Shown here: positions 1-6,431 of the stretch, piece after piece
Layout of the letters: the number at the start of each line of letters is the position of its first letter
Numbering within the stretch: the stretch's first letter is position 1
DNA from: a candidate division WOR-3 bacterium
Lineage (GTDB): Bacteria; Hydrothermota; Tepidihabitantia; Tepidihabitantales; DTDR01
Direction: 5' to 3'
Assembly (NCBI GenBank): GCA_039801885.1
Contig: JBDRVN010000031.1
Location: 1 to 20,722 of the forward strand
Length of the DNA stretch: 20,722 nt
The notes under the pieces: model-generated
Databases searched by the model: none
What the model was told of the DNA's origin: nothing
The model's input: only the letters and a program-made list of their open reading frames with translations
Translations under genes and position numbers: made by a program

Positions 1-614
1 ATATAGATAACATCTTCGCCGATATTGGTAGAGAGATCGGCAATTCTTTCTAAGTTCTGGGTGATTCTAATTAAATGAAAAGCCCTTTCAATTGTTCTTG
101 GGTCAGAGAGCATATAGGTAAATAGTTCCCGAAAAATTTGGTCACGCAGATTATCAATTAAAAAATCTCTTTCGCAAACATTTTTTGCTAAGATTGAATT
201 TTCCTCCATAAAAGCCCTTACCGCATCTTTTAGCATCTTACTTGCCTCATTAGCCATTCTGGGGATATCAATCAAAGGTTTTACCGGCTCTCTTTCAATA
301 AGAAATTCTGCACTCTGGGCAATATTTACAATGTGGTCACCAATCCTTTCAAAATCATTATTCATCTTTAAAATCATAAGGATTGTTCGCAAATCCTTTG
401 CTTTTGGTTGATAAAGGGCAATCAAATCGATACAAAGTTCATCAATTTCAATCTCTAAATCATTTGCCTTCTTTTCGTCTTCTTCAATAACTGTTTTTAA
501 AATCTCCTTTTCTTTATCCAATAATCCTTTCATTGCCTTTTCCAACATTTTTTCAATATGGGTTGCATATTCAATAATCTTCTCCTTCAAAATTGTCAAC
601 TTTTCTTCTAACAT
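1..614 (-). CDS. phoU: Phosphate signalling protein PhoU (3' end runs off the window)
   Basis: Not in the ORF track. Manual translation from ATG 614 gives MLEEKLTILKEKIIEYATHIEKML...ALYQPKAKDLRTILMILKMNNDFERIGDHIVNIA...RTLERIADLSTNIGEDVIYI, with both PhoU ER(I)(G/A)D repeats. Lies directly after pstB. Confidence 0.95.
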   Translation of the reverse strand, partial: MLEEKLTILKEKIIEYATHIEKMLEKAMKGLLDKEKEILKTVIEEDEKKANDLEIEIDELCIDLIALYQPKAKDLRTILMILKMNNDFERIGDHIVNIAQSAEFLIEREPVKPLIDIPRMANEASKMLKDAVRAFMEENSILAKNVCERDFLIDNLRDQIFRELFTYMLSDPRTIERAFHLIRITQNLERIADLSTNIGEDVIY

Positions 615-619
615 GTTTA

Positions 620-648
620 ATTATAGAAAATTTTAAGAAAATTGTCAA
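620..648 (-). promoter_or_regulatory. Sigma70-type promoter of phoU (leaderless)
   Basis: Perfect TTGACA (648-643), 17-bp spacer, TATAAT (625-620), then 5 nt to the ATG at 614. Confidence 0.8.
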
Positions 649-650
649 TA

Positions 651-1397
651 TTAACCATATTTTCCCAAAAGGAAATCTTCGGTTCTTTTATCTTTTGGTC
701 GGACAAAGATATCTTCGGTTTTGCCAAACTCGACGAGTTCACCCAGATACATAAAGGCACAATAGTCAGAAACTCTTGCCGCTTGTTGCATATTATGGGT
801 AACGATCACAATCGTATAATCTTTCTTTAATTTATGGATAAGTTCTTCCAACTTGGCAGTGGCGATTGGATCTAAGGCGCTGGCGGGTTCGTCTAATAAG
901 ATAATCTCAGGTTCAATGGCAATCGCCCGAGCAAGACATAGTCTTTGTTGTTGACCACCGGAGAGGTTTAGGGCGCTGTAAAGGAGATTATCTTTAACTT
1001 CCTCATAAAGATTGGCATCCATTAAGGCTTTGATTACCCTCTCTTTGATATTTTTAAACTTATGAACTTTTAAACCAAAGGCAATATTTTCGTAGATTGA
1101 TTTAGGAAAAGGATTTGGTTTTTGGAAAACCATACCAACTTTTTTTCTTAAAGCCAAAAGGTTGACATATTCACTATAAATATTTTCGTCGTCAATAAAA
1201 ACTTTTCCGCAGGTTTTTACATTGGGAATTAAATCATTCATTCGGTTTATAGAGCGTAAAAGGGTTGTTTTTCCGCAACCAGAAGGTCCCATAATGGCGG
1301 TTACATTCTTTTCGGGAATTTCTAAATTGATGTTTTTTAAAATTACCTTTTCTCCAAACCAAAGAGAAAAGTTCTCAAATTTGATCTTTGTTTTCAT
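651..1397 (-). CDS. pstB: Phosphate ABC transporter ATP-binding protein
   Basis: Walker [21 protein letters not shown], signature LSGGQQQRL, Walker [25 protein letters not shown]. Confidence 0.97.
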   Translation of the reverse strand: MKTKIKFENFSLWFGEKVILKNINLEIPEKNVTAIMGPSGCGKTTLLRSINRMNDLIPNVKTCGKVFIDDENIYSEYVNLLALRKKVGMVFQKPNPFPKSIYENIAFGLKVHKFKNIKERVIKALMDANLYEEVKDNLLYSALNLSGGQQQRLCLARAIAIEPEIILLDEPASALDPIATAKLEELIHKLKKDYTIVIVTHNMQQAARVSDYCAFMYLGELVEFGKTEDIFVRPKDKRTEDFLLGKYG

Positions 1398-1398
1398 C

Positions 1399-2238
1399 TT
1401 AATAATATTTTTTTATTTTCATTCTTAAAATATAAGCAATAATTCCGAAGAAAAGAGCGAAGAAAAGTAAAATAAGCGAGGAAGCAAAGGCGATTGGTCT
1501 TACTTTTAAAATCTTCTCGTGTTGGGTAGCAAGAATATAAATATGATAAGGAAGAGCCATAAATCGATCTAAAGGAGAAAGAGAAACTTTCTTTAAATAG
1601 AAGGCAACACCGGTAAAAAGAATTGGTGCGACTTCACCAACCAACCGAGCAAAGGCGAGAAAAATTCCGGAAAGTAAGATTGGTTTTGATTCGGGCAAGA
1701 TTATTTTTCTAATTGCTGTCCATTTAGGTATACCCAAAGCAACTGCTGCTTCGTAAAAAGTATGGGGAACACTTAAAAGACCCTCTTCGGTAGTGGTAAT
1801 TAAATAGGGGATAGAAAGAATTGATAAGGTTAATGAAGAAGCAAGTAAAGAGAGGCCAATATTTAAAGTTCGGACAAAAAAGGTTAAACCAAAAAGACCA
1901 AAGACAATAGAAGGTAAACCACTTAAACTTTTTATTAAAGTTCGCAGAGTAAAAGTTAAAAGGTTATCCTTAGCATAATAAGCAAAATAAATTCCTGATA
2001 AAAGAGAAGGGACGATGGCAAAGAGAAAGGCAAAAATCGTAAGATAAATTGAGCCAAAAATTGCTGGGAAAATACCTCCCTGGGTCATTTGCTCTTCCGG
2101 ATAAGAAAATAAGAAACGGAATTTTAAAACGGGATAACCATTGGCAATTAAATAAACAGTGATAAAGATAATTATAAAAAGAAAGAGAAACAAAGGAATT
2201 GCTAAAAGATAAAAATAAAAAGAACTTCTTAACTTCAT
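1399..2238 (-). CDS. pstA: Phosphate ABC transporter permease PstA
   Basis: [23 protein letters not shown] loop, [20 protein letters not shown]; lies between pstC and pstB. Confidence 0.93.
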   Translation of the reverse strand: MKLRSSFYFYLLAIPLFLFLFIIIFITVYLIANGYPVLKFRFLFSYPEEQMTQGGIFPAIFGSIYLTIFAFLFAIVPSLLSGIYFAYYAKDNLLTFTLRTLIKSLSGLPSIVFGLFGLTFFVRTLNIGLSLLASSLTLSILSIPYLITTTEEGLLSVPHTFYEAAVALGIPKWTAIRKIILPESKPILLSGIFLAFARLVGEVAPILFTGVAFYLKKVSLSPLDRFMALPYHIYILATQHEKILKVRPIAFASSLILLFFALFFGIIAYILRMKIKKYY

Positions 2239-3116
2239 ATTACTACCTTTATCCTTTTTTGAGCAAAATAGTTACCAATTAAATTAACAATAAAAGAGAT
2301 AATAAATAAAATTACTCCGAGCATAAATAGAGCAAAGAAATGAGGGGTATTTTTTGCGGTTTCGCCCATTTCGATAGCAATCGTGGTTGTTAAAGTTCTT
2401 GTTGGTTGAAAGAGAGATTTGGCAATTATTGGAGAATTTCCTAACACCATTAACATCGCCATTGTTTCACCAATTGCTCGACCAAAACCTAATAAAATTC
2501 CTGCGATTATTCCTGATTTTGCTGCGGGTAGGACAATTTTTAAAGCGGTCTGGAAGCGGGAGACACCTAAGGCATAACTGGCTTCTTTATAAATTAAAGG
2601 AACCTGAGAGATACTTGCTTCACAGATAGAAATAATTGTTGGTAAACACATTAATGCCAGGATAATTCCGCCATTTAAAACACATAAACCACTTGGTAGG
2701 GAAAAAATTTTTTGAATTAAAGGTGCTAAATAAACTAAACCAAAAAAGCCAATAATTACCGAAGGAAAAGCAGCAAAAAGTTCAATTATCCCTTTTACAA
2801 AATTATATAACCAGGGAATCTTTTTTAGTTCTTCACTTAAGAAAATTGCTGAGAGAATACCGAAGGGAACAGCAATAATCAATGCTAAGAAGGTAACTAT
2901 AAAACTTCCCCATAAATTTGGTAATAAACCATAATCGTTTTTAAAATATCCTGTAGGATTCCAAATAGAATTGAAAAAGAAATCTTTAAAAGAAACAAAT
3001 TTGAATAATCTTAAACCCGAAGATAATAAAAAAAATAGTATAAAGATAATCAATAAAGAAGTTATTAATGCTGAAAGAAAGAGAATAAAGTTGATGATTT
3101 TATGAGATTCTTTCAT
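2235..3116 (-). CDS. pstC: Phosphate ABC transporter permease PstC
   Basis: WNP..YGLLP, AFPSVIIGFFG, EASYALG, GRAIGETMA, IAIEMGE; ATGA overlap with pstA. Confidence 0.95.
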   Translation of the reverse strand: MKESHKIINFILFLSALITSLLIIFILFFLLSSGLRLFKFVSFKDFFFNSIWNPTGYFKNDYGLLPNLWGSFIVTFLALIIAVPFGILSAIFLSEELKKIPWLYNFVKGIIELFAAFPSVIIGFFGLVYLAPLIQKIFSLPSGLCVLNGGIILALMCLPTIISICEASISQVPLIYKEASYALGVSRFQTALKIVLPAAKSGIIAGILLGFGRAIGETMAMLMVLGNSPIIAKSLFQPTRTLTTTIAIEMGETAKNTPHFFALFMLGVILFIISFIVNLIGNYFAQKRIKVVI

Positions 3117-3159
3117 TAATTTTAAATTTTAATTTTCTCACGGTAATTTCAAACAAAAG

Positions 3160-3187
3160 ATTATAATTAAAAATATTTTAAAATCAA
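3160..3187 (-). promoter_or_regulatory. Putative sigma70 promoter of pstCAB
   Basis: TTGATT (3187-3182), 16-bp spacer, TATAAT (3165-3160). The AT-rich context lowers specificity. Confidence 0.5.
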
Positions 3188-3206
3188 GGAGATAAAAAAA
3201 ACAAGT

Positions 3207-3244
3207 GTGTTAAGACATTGTTACCAGGTTAATAAAGGTGTTAA
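3207..3244. promoter_or_regulatory. Possible Pho-box-like direct repeats
   Basis: TGTTAA (3208), TGTTAC (3219, 11-bp period), GGTTAA (3227), TGTTAA (3239), upstream of the pst promoter. Resembles PhoB/PhoP half-sites but the phasing is imperfect. Confidence 0.35.
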
Positions 3245-3536
3245 AATAGAAGATGTATGGAAATTATCAACAAGTTTCTTAATTTAATAGGCTTCCCAAA
3301 AAGAGTTAAAAAGAATTAAAAAGAATAGGAAAATTAAAAAGGGACACCTATGTTTCTATACAAAGGATTATAAAATAATAATGAATAAAGAAGCATATAA
3401 CCAAGGAAAAACTATAAGCCAAATTAGGAAGAGGACTTCTTAAAAAATCAAAGAAAAAACTGGAATTATATAAGAAAAATAATCGGAGAAAGAGAGAAAA
3501 GAAAGGAAAAAAGGTTTTACCAAGGTATGTTAAAAG

Positions 3537-3693
3537 TTATAGCAGACATTTTTTACAATCCCGTTGAGGAAAAGCACAAAAGATTTTTCTTAGGGCATAA
3601 CCGAAAGCACCCCTTAATACTGAGCCTTTATAAACTGGTAAAACAAGATTCTCCTCTGCTTTAAGAATAAACCTTAACTTCCAAAATTTTCAT
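3537..3693 (-). pseudogene. cas6: Cas6 crRNA-processing endoribonuclease, frameshifted and truncated N-terminal relic
   Basis: ATG at 3693 with AAGGA upstream. Removing one A from ATGAAAATTTTGG gives MKFWKLRFILKAEENLVLPVYKGSVLRGAFGYALRKIFCAFPQRDCKKCLL*. The LPxYKGSxLRGAFGxAL..C....C..C pattern is the N-terminus of a Cas6 (RAMP) family. Adjacent to the array and co-oriented with it. Confidence 0.8.
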
Positions 3694-3798
3694 TTTAAAT
3701 TCCTTACTTGTCAAATTATATTTATAATTTAAAAAAAACCAACCGGCTATTAACTTCCCTAAAAAAATATCTTAAAATCCCTTTTTAATCAGGGAAGG

Positions 3799-3955
3799 GT
3801 TAACAAATGCGGAATGCGAAATTAAGAATTAAGATTACTAATATTATTATCACCCTTTCGCTTTGCTGTTTTGCTACTGGCTATATGAAGATAGCAAGAA
3901 GTTGATTTGCAATTTTTCCCACATTCCGCATTCGACATTCCCAATTTGTATAACC
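3799..3955. mobile_element. 157-bp MITE-like element with heptamer-repeat inverted ends, inserted in the trailer CRISPR repeat
   Basis: Left end GTTAACAAATGCGGAATGCGAA vs reverse complement of the right end GTTATACAAATTGGGAATGTCGAATGCGGAATG. Exact 11-bp IR at 3806-3816/3922-3932. Flanked by an exact 23-bp direct repeat (3776-3798, 3956-3978). Confidence 0.55.
3822..3910 (-). pseudogene. C-terminal remnant resembling a four-helix-bundle (TIGR02436/IVP-like) protein
   Basis: Removing an extra TA at 3882-3883 gives ANQLLAIFIASSKTAKRKGDNNISNLNS*, similar to the EANELxAIFxASxKTAK terminal helix of that family (recognised from memory; short match). Confidence 0.5.
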
Positions 3956-4175
3956 AATCCCTTTTTAATCAGGGAAGGAATTTTGACTAAAGAATGACTT
4001 TGCGACAGGAAATCTAAAACCTTTTGAGACATATGAAAATATTTTAAAAAGTCGCAATCCCTTTTTAATCAGGGAAGGAATTTTGAAGAAAAACAAATTC
4101 CAACTCCCACAGAAATGGGGTCCCTACACCAGCGTTCGGTCGCAATCCCTTTTTAATCAGGGAAGGAATTCTGAC

Positions 4176-4484
4176 TCTTGGCTTTTTATCCTTTTGATTT
4201 TTCTTGACTTAAACTGCCTTTTTGTATCTTCTCCCATTTTCTTACTGATACTGCCAATTTATTTATTGATATAAATTACTAAATTTTAATATAAATCATT
4301 ATTTTTAAAAGGTTTAGCAATTTTGTATCATCCCCCCTATTTTTTAAGCCTTTTGAGATTATACAAAATCTTCTTTTCCTAATTCAGTAATTTGACCTAC
4401 GAAACTTTCCTTTTTAAATCGCTCCCAATTTTCAAAGAGCAAAAATCTCTTTTTATATAATAATTAAAAATAATTAAAAGTCAA
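4176..4484 (-). promoter_or_regulatory. CRISPR leader with sigma70 promoter and boxA-like antitermination site
   Basis: AT-rich non-coding DNA next to the intact repeat. TTGACT (4484-4479), 16 bp, TATTAT (4462-4457). TGCTCTTTGAAAA at 4441-4429, just downstream of the predicted start. Confidence 0.65.
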
Positions 4485-4492
4485 TAATAAAA

Positions 4493-4533
4493 AAAGTGGT
4501 AACCTTTAGGGTTGTTTTTTCGTATTATATATA
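4493..4533 (+). promoter_or_regulatory. Putative ECF-sigma promoter, copy A
   Basis: AAAGTGGTAAC, 17 bp, CGTATTATATATA. A close counterpart lies at 13851-13890 (minus). Confidence 0.45.
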
Positions 4534-4958
4534 TGGGGGAAATAGATAAATTAATAAAAGATATTAGATTTAGAATTTTGGGAATTAAAATAAAATACTG
4601 GTGTTATATAATAAAGATGTTATTAGACTTAGAAAAAAGTCTAAAATGGAGGTGCTTAACGCTTGTTATCCTATTTATTTAGTGGCTAAATAATTATCCC
4701 TTTTATATATTTTCAAAGCGTTAGATTTATAGAACAGGGGGATTTTACACTCTTAGAAGAAGGGAGCTGTATAGGAGATAGTATAGTATTTAGTCTCTCT
4801 TATTGATAAGATAAATGATTAGAACTAAGAATTCGATAAACTCTCAATATTAGTTTCTAAAAATAAATAAGATAATTTTCTAAAGGGTGGTTTCGGTTTT
4901 ATGAGGTATTTAATTTTAAAGAGTGAGTATTTATTAATTAATCATAATAACTCAATTA

Positions 4959-4986
4959 TTGACGAAAAGGCAAAATTTATTATAAT
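4959..4986 (+). promoter_or_regulatory. Sigma70 promoter of the radical SAM gene (near-leaderless)
   Basis: TTGACG (4959-4964), 16 bp, TATAAT (4981-4986), then 8 nt to ATG 4995. Confidence 0.7.
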
Positions 4987-4994
4987 TTTTTGAA

Positions 4995-6431
4995 ATGAAA
5001 AGAGAGGAGAATTTAATAATTAGAACAATTAAATTAGGGGCAAATTTAGACCGGTTGATTCCTCTTTCGGCAATAAGGGGATTTTCTAAACTTATTTTTA
5101 ACCTCTTTTCACCGAAGTTAAAAGAAGTTTGTTTGAATAAAGAGCACACGACTTCTTATCAAGTTGGTTTAGACCTCTATTATATGATTTATGCGATGTT
5201 AAATTCGGCTCTCAGGGTTTCTTGGTCAATAAATTCTTTGAATACTTTCTTAAGAGCGATTTTCCAAAATAAGGATGGTCCAAGAATTAAACAAGAATGG
5301 CGAGAAAAATATGGAGAAGGACCGCCGGGCTTTTTAGTTATCTCGCCAACGAAGGCGTGCAATTTAAGGTGTTATGGTTGTTATGCGGATGCGGCAAAAG
5401 AGACTGATAAATTGCCCAAAGAGGTATTTGAGAGGATAATAAAAGAGGCTTTTAATCTTTGGGGGGTGAGGTTTTTTGTTATTTCTGGTGGAGAGCCATT
5501 GATGTATAAAGATAAGGGAGAGGACCTACTTTCTCTTTTGAGCAAATTTCCTGATGCTATCTTTTTATTTTATACGAATGGTTTATTGATAGATGAGGAG
5601 AAAGCGAGAAGGATGGCGGAGATAGGGAATGTGACGCCGGCGATATCAGTGGAAGGTTTTAAAGAGACGACCGATAAAAGGAGGGGAGAAGGTGCTTTTG
5701 AGAAAATCTTAGGGGTGATGGAGAGGTTAAAGAGGAACAAGGTTTTATTTGGTATTTCATTAACGGCGACGCGGTATAATTGTGAGGAGATACTTTCGGA
5801 TGAGTTTATTGACTTTTTCTTTTTCAAGATGGGAGCGGCTTATGGTTGGTTATTTCATTATATGCCGATTGGACGGGATGCTGATCCTGGTTTAATGCCG
5901 AGTCCAAATCAGCGGGTATGGATGTGGCAGAGGAGTTGGGAGATAGTGAAAAAGAAAAAGGTAATGCTTGCTGATTTCTGGAACCACGGAACAGTATCTT
6001 ATGGTTGTATTGCTGGTGGTAGGGAGGGAGGATATTTTCACATTAATTGGCATGGTGATTGTGCGCCTTGTGTCTTTTTCCCTTATGCGGTGAGTAATAT
6101 AATTGATATATATAATCAGGGTGGCACGATAAACGAAGTTTTATTTACACCTTTTTTTAAGAGAATAAGGGAGTGGCAGAAGAGGTATGGGTTTTTATCT
6201 GGTGGTAAAGCGAGTGGTGATTGGTTAAGACCTTGTCCGATAAGGGATCATTTTTTGACTGCCAAAAAAATGATTGAAGAATATGGGGCAAGACCAATTG
6301 ATTATGCTCCGGAGGAAAATTTACGTGCCGAAGAGTATGTAGAAAAAATGGCAAATTACGATAAGGAACTGGAGAATCTTACAAAACCGATTTGGGAAAA
6401 TATCTATTTAAATCACCGAATTAAAAGATAA
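4995..6431 (+). CDS. Radical SAM protein with SPASM/twitch-like C-terminal domain
   Basis: CNLRCYGC motif, SGGEP, FYTNG, GCIAGG...HINWHGDCAPCVF, RPCP. Confidence 0.9.
   Translation: MKREENLIIRTIKLGANLDRLIPLSAIRGFSKLIFNLFSPKLKEVCLNKEHTTSYQVGLDLYYMIYAMLNSALRVSWSINSLNTFLRAIFQNKDGPRIKQEWREKYGEGPPGFLVISPTKACNLRCYGCYADAAKETDKLPKEVFERIIKEAFNLWGVRFFVISGGEPLMYKDKGEDLLSLLSKFPDAIFLFYTNGLLIDEEKARRMAEIGNVTPAISVEGFKETTDKRRGEGAFEKILGVMERLKRNKVLFGISLTATRYNCEEILSDEFIDFFFFKMGAAYGWLFHYMPIGRDADPGLMPSPNQRVWMWQRSWEIVKKKKVMLADFWNHGTVSYGCIAGGREGGYFHINWHGDCAPCVFFPYAVSNIIDIYNQGGTINEVLFTPFFKRIREWQKRYGFLSGGKASGDWLRPCPIRDHFLTAKKMIEEYGARPIDYAPEENLRAEEYVEKMANYDKELENLTKPIWENIYLNHRIKR

Larger units (their letters stand above)
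3771..4175 (-). CRISPR. Mini CRISPR array, 37-bp repeat GTCAGAATTCCTTCCCTGATTAAAAAGGGATTGCGAC (minus strand)
   Basis: Copies at 4139-4175 (leader-proximal), 4051-4087 (2 mismatches), 3951-3987 (distal end altered) and a 23-bp core at 3776-3798. Internal CCCT/AGGG palindrome; style typical of type III-associated repeats. Spacers of 51 bp (4088-4138) and 63 bp (3988-4050). Decay increases away from the AT-rich leader. Confidence 0.88.

Noticed and set aside
642-2629. Plus-strand ORFs 642-830, 1222-1428 and 2387-2629
   Set aside because: Antisense shadows of pstB, pstA and pstC with no motifs.
3298-3330. About three copies of a 10-bp AAAAGA(A/G)TTA unit
   Set aside because: Short, low complexity and no supporting context.
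3799-3955. Diversity-generating retroelement suggested by the Avd-like fold of the remnant
   Set aside because: No reverse transcriptase and no template/variable repeat pair seen in the window.
4036-4049. 14-nt identity (AAAATATTTTAAAA) between the 63-bp spacer and the pst promoter (3170-3183), suggesting self-targeting
   Set aside because: All A/T and low complexity; similar strings occur near 8870 and 11920, so it is expected by chance.
4129-4138. Spacer end CGAACGCTGG (minus) resembles the 16S rRNA 5' region
   Set aside because: Only 10 nt and the match does not extend.
4083-4274. 63-aa plus-strand ORF
   Set aside because: Runs through a CRISPR spacer, a repeat and the leader; chance frame.
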